A stretch of 32,000 nucleotides of DNA from Faecalibaculum rodentium (GTDB taxonomy: Bacteria > Bacillota_I > Bacilli_A > Erysipelotrichales > Erysipelotrichaceae), in the NCBI RefSeq assembly GCF_001564455.1, contig NZ_CP011391.1, positions 690,001 through 722,000 on the forward strand. Reading direction: 5' to 3'. The notes below the pieces were generated by a model. The model was given only the letters and a program-made list of their open reading frames with translations, made no database searches and was not told the origin of the DNA. This document shows, piece by piece, positions 12,261 to 19,996 of the stretch. Numbering within the stretch: position 1 is the first letter of the stretch; every line of letters begins with the position of its first letter. The position numbers were made by a program, and so were the translations under genes.

Positions 12261-12692
12261 ATGAAACTTGAGACATTTCTTCAGATCCTCGAGCCGGGTC
12301 ATCTGGTTCGTCCGGTCACAGGCCAGGAAGTGGAGAGTGCCGGTGTGTCCGATTATGAGTGGATGATTCCCGAAGATCTCCTGGAACGGGAAGTGACCGG
12401 CATCCGGTGTTTTATTGAACCCGATGATCCGGGGATCCGCCTCGTGATGGAGACCGCAATCGGCAATGCGACCCGTGACAGGGGCTGCTTTCTGGATGAC
12501 TTTCTCGGTATCCTGACCCTGGAGGAAGAAGCCGAGGTGCATGTACGCCGGGGTAGTGAAAAACTGGGTCATGCCAGTGCGCAGAGGATCGAAGCCATGC
12601 TGTCGAATTCGGTCCTGGATAGTTCTGTGGAACGCATCAGCCTGGACCTGAACCGGGAATGGGACCTGATCATGACGGTCCACATCCGGTGA
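12261..12692 (+). CDS. hypothetical protein, 143 aa, acidic, no family recognised
   Basis: ORF with an ATG at 12261, 15 nt after the GNAT stop. The ribosome-binding site is weak (GAGAGAGA) and no motif was recognised. Confidence 0.45.
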   Translation: MKLETFLQILEPGHLVRPVTGQEVESAGVSDYEWMIPEDLLEREVTGIRCFIEPDDPGIRLVMETAIGNATRDRGCFLDDFLGILTLEEEAEVHVRRGSEKLGHASAQRIEAMLSNSVLDSSVERISLDLNREWDLIMTVHIR

Positions 12693-12774
12693 CAGGATAC
12701 ATCCTGCAGTCTGTCAGCGTTGTATGAAGACCTGTGTGCTCTCTCTGGTAAAATGACCGGGGAGAGTTTTGTCT

Positions 12775-13794
12775 ATGTTTGTTGTTGTCAGTCTGTTTCT
12801 GGCGGCTGCCTCGATCTGGTTTGCGGCTGTCATGATCAAAGAACCCCGCAGTCTGTGGAGCGGGGCATCGTTTCTGTTCCTGCTGCTGCAGCTGGCCGTC
12901 TGGCTCATGACAATCCTGTTCATGAACTCGGAGAAAATCATGAACAACCGCTTTGTCATGCTGGTCCTCGCCATTTCGCTGATGCTGGTCATGGTGGTGC
13001 TGCTCATGTTTCCTGCTGCATTCATCGGCATCTTTTTTGCGGAGGGAATCAAAAACATCCGCAGGGAAGGGCTGCGGCCCGCCAATGCCCTGTCGCTGCT
13101 CTTTGCCGCAGGGCTGGTGGTCTATCTGTTCATCTGGCCGGCGATCGTGGCGCAGATCCGCAACACCTGGCTGTTTGCCTTCTCGGTCATCCTGTCCATT
13201 GCCGTCACCTGGCTGCTCGGCATCTTTGCGGTCTTCTGTTTCTCCGCCCTGCTCAATCTCATTCATATGAAGAAAAACCGTCATCTGGACCAGGTGGTGG
13301 TACTCGGATCCGGGCTCATGGGAGACAGACTTACACCGTTGCTGAAGGGCCGCATTGACCGGGGAATCCAGGTGCTGGGATACAACCCCGATGCCATCCT
13401 GATTCTCTCCGGGGGACAGGGACCGGGGGAGGATCTGCCGGAAGGACAGGCCATGGCTGCCTATGCGCTGGAACAGGGGGTTGACCGGGACAGGGTGCGA
13501 ATTGAAGACAAGTCCCTGAACACAGAGCAGAACCTTCTGTATTCCAGACAGCTGTTTCAGGGACCGAAAACGGCCATTGTCACCAACCGCTATCATGTAT
13601 TCCGGGCGCTGGTGCTCGCATGCATGCAGGGAATGCCTGCCATTGGGTATGGTTCCCCGACAAAATGGTATTTCACGCTGAACGCCATCCTGCGGGAGTA
13701 TGTTGGATACCTGAAGCTGACATGGAAGCGCCAGCTGCTGGTCATTGCCGTCCTGTCGGTTCCTGTGCTGATGCTGGCCTGTGTTTCTGCGTGA
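12775..13794 (+). CDS. YdcF/ElyC (DUF218) family protein with an N-terminal multi-pass membrane domain
   Basis: The C-terminal domain reads VVVLGSGLMGDRLTPLLKGRIDRG...ILILSGGQGPGEDLPEGQAMAAYA...IVTNRYHVFRA, which is a DUF218 pattern. The N-terminal ~170 aa are hydrophobic. GGGGAGAG lies upstream of ATG 12775. Confidence 0.7.
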   Translation: MFVVVSLFLAAASIWFAAVMIKEPRSLWSGASFLFLLLQLAVWLMTILFMNSEKIMNNRFVMLVLAISLMLVMVVLLMFPAAFIGIFFAEGIKNIRREGLRPANALSLLFAAGLVVYLFIWPAIVAQIRNTWLFAFSVILSIAVTWLLGIFAVFCFSALLNLIHMKKNRHLDQVVVLGSGLMGDRLTPLLKGRIDRGIQVLGYNPDAILILSGGQGPGEDLPEGQAMAAYALEQGVDRDRVRIEDKSLNTEQNLLYSRQLFQGPKTAIVTNRYHVFRALVLACMQGMPAIGYGSPTKWYFTLNAILREYVGYLKLTWKRQLLVIAVLSVPVLMLACVSA

Positions 13795-13808
13795 TGCAGA
13801 GGTTGCCG

Positions 13809-14381
13809 ATGACGAAAACGCTGGAGGATATGTCGCTGGAAGAGCTCTGGCAGCTGTTTCCCATCGTGCTGACGTCTCACCAGGACTGCTGGAAGGACTG
13901 GTACAGCCAAGAAGCGGCAGCGCTGAAACAGCTGCTGCCGGCAGGAACCAAGGTGCATCACATCGGCAGCACTGCGGTGCCGGGCATCCCGGCAAAGCCG
14001 ATTGTCGATATCCTGGCCTGTCTTCCGATGGCTGCGGAGTTTCCTGCCTGTCGCCGGGTACTGGAGAAAACCGGCTGGATCTGCATGTCGCAGTCAGACA
14101 GCCGGATGTCGTTCAACAAAGGATATACTGACACTGGATTTGCCGACAGAGTCTTTCATCTTCATCTGCGGCTGCCCGGAGACGAGGATGAACTGTACTT
14201 CCGGGACTGGCTGACTGCCCATCCCGAGGATGCTGCACTGTATGAGGCACTGAAGCTGGATCTCTGGAGGAAACACGAACACGACCGGGATGGATATACA
14301 GCAGCCAAAACCGGATTTGTGGAGCGCATCACAAAGCTGGCCAGGGAAAGGGCGGGCCTGTCAGCCAGAGATCTGCCATGA
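13809..14381 (+). CDS. GrpB family protein (UPF0157, nucleotidyltransferase-like)
   Basis: HIGSTAVPGIPAKPIVDIL and FHLHL...FRDWLTAHPEDAALYEALK are characteristic GrpB motifs. The internal ATG at 13809 was chosen because the track ORF start overlaps the previous gene. Confidence 0.75.
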   Translation: MTKTLEDMSLEELWQLFPIVLTSHQDCWKDWYSQEAAALKQLLPAGTKVHHIGSTAVPGIPAKPIVDILACLPMAAEFPACRRVLEKTGWICMSQSDSRMSFNKGYTDTGFADRVFHLHLRLPGDEDELYFRDWLTAHPEDAALYEALKLDLWRKHEHDRDGYTAAKTGFVERITKLARERAGLSARDLP

Positions 14382-14579
14382 ACAGACGCAGCCGGCAGGG
14401 ATCGTGAGAAACTGCCGGCATGGGAGATGTCATGTCACGGGGGATCCGCCGTGAAGCACCGGAAAAGGCATACAGGCAGAGTCCGGGTGAATCTCAGAAG
14501 ACGGACATGTATCTGCGATGCGCTGGACGCCGGATCATGGACGCTGCATATATTGTGGAGTGCAGAAGGAGGGAAGGGC

Positions 14580-15479
14580 ATGCTGTCATGGAAAGAGAGT
14601 TTCAGCCCATTCAGTACATTCAGGGAAAATGCTGCAGGTGACGTTGTCCGCAAGACCGAGGACCTGATCCATCATGATACATTCCAGGTTCTGGCGCTGG
14701 CGCTTGCGGAAGTCGTCGTGGCCTGGGTGATCTCGGATCTCGTGAAGCGGTTCTGCGACAGGGCTGCAGGGAAATCTCTGAACAGGGGAATCGTGACGTT
14801 TCTGGCCTCGTTTCTGTCCATCACCATCCGGATCCTGGGGGTGATCGTGGCCCTGGACCAGCTGGGTGTCTCCATGAATGTGATCATCGGCGCCATGTCC
14901 GGCCTGGGTGTCGGGGTGGCCCTGGCACTGAAAAACAACATGGCATCGGTGGCCAGCGGACTGCAGATCCTGCTGACCAGGCCGTTCAAGGTCGGGGATT
15001 TCATTTCCATCGACTCCAGTTACGGCACGGTCCTGGCCATTGAGCTGACATACACGACGCTGCTGACCAGTGACAACGAGGAAGTGGTGGTTCCCAACAA
15101 CACGTTTCTGACAGACAACATGGTGAACTACACCGCACGGGATACACTGCGTTGTGTCCTGGATTTTCCCTGCAGTTCAGCGGATATCCTGCGGTATCTG
15201 CCGCAACTGACAGCCTGTGCCGCCGGATGCAGCCTGGTGCTCCAGGATCCGCCTCCGGTGGCGAGGGTGAATCAGTTTCAGTCAGGCGGCCAGGCGGATC
15301 TCAAGCTGATCTATTACTGCAGGACAAATCAGTACTGGCTGACACGCGACGAGGTTGCCAAAGCGGTGGCGGGCCTGTTCGAAGAGGGAACCGGGCAGAC
15401 TGAGCCGGCCAATACCGGCATCTCTGCATCGTCCTGCGCATCAGCGGCCGGCTCACCAGCGGCGGAAAACCAGGGATGA
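14580..15479 (+). CDS. mechanosensitive ion channel family protein (MscS-like)
   Basis: Transmembrane helices followed by LLTRPFKVGDFISIDSSYGTVLAIELTYTTL...VVPNNTF, the MscS beta-domain signature. GAAGGAGGGAAGGG lies upstream of ATG 14580. Confidence 0.8.
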   Translation: MLSWKESFSPFSTFRENAAGDVVRKTEDLIHHDTFQVLALALAEVVVAWVISDLVKRFCDRAAGKSLNRGIVTFLASFLSITIRILGVIVALDQLGVSMNVIIGAMSGLGVGVALALKNNMASVASGLQILLTRPFKVGDFISIDSSYGTVLAIELTYTTLLTSDNEEVVVPNNTFLTDNMVNYTARDTLRCVLDFPCSSADILRYLPQLTACAAGCSLVLQDPPPVARVNQFQSGGQADLKLIYYCRTNQYWLTRDEVAKAVAGLFEEGTGQTEPANTGISASSCASAAGSPAAENQG

Positions 15480-15498
15480 GACACCTCGTTTTGAAGGG

Positions 15499-15528
15499 AA
15501 AGCCAGGGAGACCTGGCTTTATTTCGTT
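15499..15528 (+). terminator. rho-independent terminator after MscS
   Basis: AAAGCCAGG, loop GAGA, CCTGGCTTT, followed by ATTTCGTT. Confidence 0.7.
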
Positions 15529-15632
15529 AGATAAATTGTGTCTGTATGTGACTGAGTTTGCTGATTTGTCAAACTGCAGGACCGGTCCGGGACAATCGGC
15601 AGGAGAAACCGCGGGTGGTTTCCCGCACATCA

Positions 15633-15661
15633 TTTACATTTGATTCTGACAATTGTACTAT
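15633..15661 (+). promoter_or_regulatory. sigma-70-type promoter for pfp (TTTACA, 17-nt spacer, TACTAT)
   Basis: -35 at 15633-15638 and -10 at 15656-15661, about 30 nt upstream of the pfp start. Confidence 0.6.
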
Positions 15662-15689
15662 TTAAACGTTGAAAAGGAGTTTACAGCAA

Positions 15690-17348
15690 ATGACTATTTC
15701 ACCGTTACAGAAAGCCCGTTATCAGTACGAGCCCAAACTGCCCGGCATGCTGCGCAGCGGCGTGGACAAAATTGCCGTCAAGGAAGGCGAACCCACACAG
15801 AGTGTTGCCGATCAGGAAACCATCAAGTCCCTGTTCCCGAACACCTATGGAAAGAACGAAATCACGTTCGTGGAAGGCGAGAGCACAGCCAGCCCCGACA
15901 AACAGGTGGTCGGTGTGATCCTGTCCGGTGGTCAGGCCCCCGGCGGACACAACGTCATCTGCGGCCTGTATGATGCCCTGAAGGCAGCCAGCCCGGAGAA
16001 CGTCCTGATCGGGTTCAAGAACGGCCCCAGCGGTCTGATCGACGACGATTTTGTCGTGTTCGATGACGAGTTCATCGACAAGTACCGCAACACCGGCGGC
16101 TTTGACATCATTGGTTCCGGCCGTACGAAGCTCGAAACCGAAGAGCAGTTCAAGGTCGCTGCAGATGTCGCCAAAAAGCACGGCATGAACGCCATTGTCA
16201 TCATTGGCGGTGACGACTCCAACACCAATGCGGCGGTCCTGGCCGAATACATGGCAGCGCATGACACAGGTGTCCAGGTCATCGGTGCCCCCAAGACCAT
16301 TGACGGAGACCTGAAGAACGACGACATCGAAGCCTCCTTCGGGTTTGACACAGCCACCAAGACTTATGCGGAACTGATCGGCAACATTGAGCGCGATGCC
16401 AACTCCGCCAAGAAATACTGGCACTTCATCAAGGTCATGGGCCGTTCCGCTTCCCACGTGGCGCTGGAAGCCGCTCTGCAGACACAGCCCAACATCTGTC
16501 TGATTTCCGAGGAAGTGGCTGCGAAGAAAATGTCCCTGTCCGAAATCGCCGACTACATTGCTGATTCCGTTGAAAAACGTGCGGCCAACGGTGACAACTT
16601 CGGTGTGGCCATCATTCCGGAGGGTGTGGTTGAATTCGTTCCCGAATTCTCTGCCCTGATTGCCGAGATCAATGAACTGCTGGCCGGTGCAAAGGCAGAC
16701 GAATTCAATGCCCTGCCGACCTGGAAGGAAAAATACGAGTTTATCAAGAACGGCCTGACAAAGGAATCCTTTGAAGTGTTCGACATTCTGCCGGAAAACA
16801 TTCAGCAGCAGCTGTTCCTGGAGCGCGATCCCCACGGCAACGTGCAGGTTTCCCTGATCGAGTCCGAGAAGCTGTTCTCCGCCCTGGTGGCCAACAAGCT
16901 GAAAGAGCGCAAGGAGAAAGGCACCTACAAGGGCAAGTTCTCCCCGCTGCACCACTTCTTCGGCTATGAAGGACGCTGCGCGTTCCCGTCGAACTTTGAT
17001 GCAGACTACTGCTACTCCCTGGGCTACAATGCTGCCCTGCTGATCCAGAACGGCTTCACAGGCTATCTGTCCAAGATTTCCAACCTGTCCAAACCGGCGG
17101 CTGAATGGGTTGCCGGCGGCATGCCCATCACCAAGATGATGAACATCGAGCGCCGTCATGGCGAGGACAAGCCGGTTATCCGCAAGGCACTGGTGGAACT
17201 GGATGGAAAGCCCTTCCAGTTCTTCGCAGACAACCGCGACAACTGGGCTGTGGAGACTGCCTATCTGTATCCGGGTGCGATCCAGTACTATGGACCGGAA
17301 GAAGTCTGCGACCTGACGACAAAGACTCTGAAGCTGGAACAGGAATAA
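15690..17348 (+). CDS. pfp: diphosphate--fructose-6-phosphate 1-phosphotransferase (PPi-dependent phosphofructokinase, long ~550-aa type)
   Basis: PFK fold with GGDDS (Asp where ATP-PFKs have GGDGS) and PKTIDGD (Lys where ATP-PFKs have Gly). AAAGGAG lies 10 nt upstream of ATG 15690. Confidence 0.9.
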   Translation: MTISPLQKARYQYEPKLPGMLRSGVDKIAVKEGEPTQSVADQETIKSLFPNTYGKNEITFVEGESTASPDKQVVGVILSGGQAPGGHNVICGLYDALKAASPENVLIGFKNGPSGLIDDDFVVFDDEFIDKYRNTGGFDIIGSGRTKLETEEQFKVAADVAKKHGMNAIVIIGGDDSNTNAAVLAEYMAAHDTGVQVIGAPKTIDGDLKNDDIEASFGFDTATKTYAELIGNIERDANSAKKYWHFIKVMGRSASHVALEAALQTQPNICLISEEVAAKKMSLSEIADYIADSVEKRAANGDNFGVAIIPEGVVEFVPEFSALIAEINELLAGAKADEFNALPTWKEKYEFIKNGLTKESFEVFDILPENIQQQLFLERDPHGNVQVSLIESEKLFSALVANKLKERKEKGTYKGKFSPLHHFFGYEGRCAFPSNFDADYCYSLGYNAALLIQNGFTGYLSKISNLSKPAAEWVAGGMPITKMMNIERRHGEDKPVIRKALVELDGKPFQFFADNRDNWAVETAYLYPGAIQYYGPEEVCDLTTKTLKLEQE

Positions 17349-17376
17349 TCATTTTTCCAGTCCAGAAAGAACATGC

Positions 17377-17410
17377 AAGGAGAAGCGGGAATGCCTGCTT
17401 CTCCTTTTTT
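17377..17410 (+). terminator. rho-independent terminator after pfp
   Basis: AAGGAGAAGC (17377-17386) pairs with GCTTCTCCTT (17397-17406), followed by TTTT. Confidence 0.85.
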
Positions 17411-17427
17411 GGAAAGGAAGTGTGTAT

Positions 17428-17994
17428 ATGAAGGAAATGCGTAGTGAGGCAGACAGACAGCATCCTGTACAGCTGGAAACTGATCGCCTGATCCTGCGGC
17501 CCTGGAAGCAGGAGGATGCCGAAGAGCTGTTTGGACTGGCCTGTGATCCTGAAATCGGACCCGCAGCCGGGTGGTCCCCGCATCAGACTCTGGAAGACAG
17601 CCGCCAGGTACTGGAACATGTGCTGATGGTGTCCGGAACCTGGGCTGTGGTGCTGAAAGCCACAGGAAAACCCGCAGGAAACATCTCGCTTCTGCAGGGA
17701 AAGCAGGCCAATCTCTGTCTTGCTGAAGGCGAGGCGGAAATCGGTTACTGGATCGGCCGCGCGTACTGGGGCCAGGGGCTGATTCCGGAAGCGGCTCAGG
17801 CCCTGATTGCTCATGGCCGGGAGGATCTTGCGCTGACCAGGATCTGGTGCGGCTGGTTTGACGGCAATGAAAAATCCAGGCGGGTGCAGGAAAAACTGGG
17901 ATTCCGGTATGACCGAACGGAGTCGGATGTGCCCTGTGCGATCCCTGGCGTGCTGCATACCGTTCATGTCAGCCGACTGGACCTGCAACCCTGA
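17428..17994 (+). CDS. GNAT family N-acetyltransferase (RimJ/RimL-like)
   Basis: ETDRLILRPW N-terminal motif, EIGYWIGRAYWGQGL acetyl-CoA region and NEKSRRVQEKLGF. The start is ATG 17428 or 17437. Confidence 0.8.
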   Translation: MKEMRSEADRQHPVQLETDRLILRPWKQEDAEELFGLACDPEIGPAAGWSPHQTLEDSRQVLEHVLMVSGTWAVVLKATGKPAGNISLLQGKQANLCLAEGEAEIGYWIGRAYWGQGLIPEAAQALIAHGREDLALTRIWCGWFDGNEKSRRVQEKLGFRYDRTESDVPCAIPGVLHTVHVSRLDLQP

Positions 17995-18065
17995 AAACGG
18001 AATGGAAATGCTGCCGATTCTCTGAAAACTGATGTAAAAAATTCTGTAAAAATTTCGGTTTTTTC

Positions 18066-18094
18066 TTGCATCCATGAGAGAACAGGGCTATAGT
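18066..18094 (+). promoter_or_regulatory. sigma-70-type promoter for amt (TTGCAT, 17-nt spacer, TATAGT)
   Basis: -35 at 18066-18071 and -10 at 18089-18094. Phased TGwAAAA repeats precede it at 18023, 18033 and 18045. Confidence 0.65.
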
Positions 18095-18111
18095 TAGACC
18101 ATCCAAAGACG

Positions 18112-18171
18112 TGAAGCAAAGGCGCTTCAAGTACACCGGTCGCACCGGGTATTTGAGGCGCCTTTTTCTTT
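18112..18171 (+). promoter_or_regulatory. 5' leader attenuator: a 22-bp terminator hairpin plus U-tract, competing with an upstream 6-bp hexaloop hairpin
   Basis: Positions 18118-18140 pair with 18144-18165 (one bulged A, two G-U pairs), followed by TTcTTT. The alternative hairpin pairs 18112-17 with 18124-29 (loop AAAGGC) and occupies the 5' arm of the terminator. The element lies between the promoter and the amt ribosome-binding site. Confidence 0.6.
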
Positions 18172-18198
18172 GGGGGTCGATCGAAGGGAGAGAGAGAT

Positions 18199-19893
18199 AT
18201 GATCGAAGAAGCAATCAGCCAGATCTTTGGTATCTGGTACCTGATCGGAGCCGCACTGGTATTCTTCATGCAGGCGGGATTCGCCATGGTGGAAGCAGGG
18301 TTCACACGGGCCAAGAACGCCGGCAACATCATCATGAAGAACACCATGGACTTCTGTCTGGGGACAGTGGCATTCCTGATCCTGGGATTCAGCCTGCTGT
18401 GCGGCGCACAGGGCAATGCATTTGTGGGATGGGGCGGTCATCCGCTGACAGACTTTGCCGGCACTGACTGGAGCACCTTCACCTTCAACCTGGTATTCTG
18501 CGCCACTGCAGCGACCATCGTATCCGGTGCCATGGCGGAGCGTACCAAATTCATTTCCTACTGCGTCTACTCCTTCGTGATCAGTCTCCTGATCTACCCT
18601 GTGGAAGCCCACTGGGTATGGGGACCGGATGGCTGGCTGACAGCTATGGGCTTCCACGATTTCGCAGGCAGCGCCGTGATTCACTTCGCCGGCGGCCTGT
18701 GTGCCCTGATTGGGGCATCGATGCTCGGTGCCCGCATTGGCAAGTTCAAGGACGGAAAGCCCATGGGCATTCCCGGTCACAACATTGTCATCGGTGCCCT
18801 GGGTGTCTTCATCCTGTGGTTTGGCTGGTATGGCTTCAACGGTGCGGCTGCCACAAGCGGTCTGCAGCTGGCCACGATTTTCGCCACAACCACCGTGGCA
18901 CCGGCTCTGGCGGCCTGCACAGTGATGGGTTTTACCTGGATCAAGTACGGCAAACCGGATGTATCCATGACACTGAACGGTGCGCTGGCCGGTCTGGTGG
19001 CCATCACCGCCGGATGCGACGCCGTCAACGTGTGGGGCGCCTGCATCATCGGCATTGTGTCCGGCTTTATCTGCTGTTTCCTGGTGTGGCTGCTGGATTA
19101 CAAACTGCATGTGGATGATCCCGTCGGTGCCGTGGCCGTACATTTCGGCAACGGCCTCTGGGGTACCCTGGCTGTGGGACTGTTTGCCTGCGGTACAGAA
19201 ACCATGCCCGAAGCAGCTGGTCTGTTCTACGGCGGCGGATTCCACCAGCTGGGTATTCAGGCTCTTGGTCTGCTCTGCATCGGTGTCTGGACGGGTGTCA
19301 CGATCTGGCTGACATTCTTCTGCATCAAAAAGACCATCGGTCTTCGTGTCACGCCGCATGAAGAAATTGAAGGTCTGGACAAGGAAGAACATGGTCTGGA
19401 AAGTGCCTATGGCGGATTTGTGTTTGAAACCGAAACAGCACCCTATGCGGATGTGGAAGTCGCCATTCCCGCGGATTCCAGGACTCCGGTGGTTGAGGTC
19501 CGGGATGCTGTTCCTGCCCGCAAAGTGGCCGGTGAAGGCGATATGTCAAAGGTGACGATCATCACCAAGCCCGACAAGTTCGAGGCGCTGAAGAAAGAAA
19601 TGGACAAGATCGGCATCGGCGGCATGACGGTGACCAATGTCATGGGCATGGGTGTTCAGAAAGGCCAGAAGCACTATTATCGCGGGGCAGAGGTCGAGAG
19701 CCGTCTGCTGCCGAAGATGAAGGTCGAAATCGTGGTCTCCGAGGTGCCTGTCCAGGCAGTGGTGGATGCTGCAAGACATGCACTGTATACCGGCAGCATG
19801 GGCGATGGCAAGATCTTTGTCTACGACGTCAACGACGTGATCCGGATCTCCAGCGGCGAGACCGGCAAGGATGCCCTGCAGTACGAAGACTGA
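18199..19893 (+). CDS. ammonium transporter (Amt) fused in frame to a C-terminal PII (GlnB/GlnK) signal-transduction domain
   Basis: A single 564-aa ORF. Residues ~1-410 are Amt-like (multi-pass, AGSAVIHFAGG, VHFGNGLWGTL, C-terminal RVTPHEEIEGLDKEEHGLESAY). A ~35-aa linker follows. The last ~115 aa are PII-like (MSKVTIITKPDKFEALKKEM...GVQKGQKHYYRGAEV...GDGKIFVYDV). I verified the frame across the junction at 19501-19560. Confidence 0.85.
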   Translation: MIEEAISQIFGIWYLIGAALVFFMQAGFAMVEAGFTRAKNAGNIIMKNTMDFCLGTVAFLILGFSLLCGAQGNAFVGWGGHPLTDFAGTDWSTFTFNLVFCATAATIVSGAMAERTKFISYCVYSFVISLLIYPVEAHWVWGPDGWLTAMGFHDFAGSAVIHFAGGLCALIGASMLGARIGKFKDGKPMGIPGHNIVIGALGVFILWFGWYGFNGAAATSGLQLATIFATTTVAPALAACTVMGFTWIKYGKPDVSMTLNGALAGLVAITAGCDAVNVWGACIIGIVSGFICCFLVWLLDYKLHVDDPVGAVAVHFGNGLWGTLAVGLFACGTETMPEAAGLFYGGGFHQLGIQALGLLCIGVWTGVTIWLTFFCIKKTIGLRVTPHEEIEGLDKEEHGLESAYGGFVFETETAPYADVEVAIPADSRTPVVEVRDAVPARKVAGEGDMSKVTIITKPDKFEALKKEMDKIGIGGMTVTNVMGMGVQKGQKHYYRGAEVESRLLPKMKVEIVVSEVPVQAVVDAARHALYTGSMGDGKIFVYDVNDVIRISSGETGKDALQYED

Positions 19894-19939
19894 CATCGGT
19901 TCTTTGCTGATTTGATTCCTCCTGTAACTCCAATACGTC

Positions 19940-19973
19940 AAAAAGCGCGCGGGATGAGCTCCGGGCGCTTTTT
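19940..19973. terminator. bidirectional terminator between convergent amt::PII and MATE genes
   Basis: AAAAAGCGC...GCGCTTTTT: a GC stem flanked by an A-run on the left and a T-run on the right. Confidence 0.7.
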
Positions 19974-19996
19974 CGGGTATGGTATGCAGGCTGAAG

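Noticed and set aside
18033-18049. Possible GlnR/TnrA box (TGTAAAAAATTCTGTAA) upstream of amt
   Set aside because: The left half and the centre fit TGTNAN7TNACA, but the right half is TGTAA instead of TNACA, making it a direct rather than inverted repeat. The site is centred about 60 nt rather than about 50 nt upstream of the predicted start. I kept it only as part of the phased TGwAAAA repeat observation.
18112-18165. Canonical ANTAR dual-hairpin target in the amt leader
   Set aside because: Only one hairpin has the required hexaloop (AAAGGC). The second candidate (CCGGT cgc ACCGG) has a 3-5 nt loop. I therefore report it as an attenuator of unknown factor rather than a confirmed ANTAR site.
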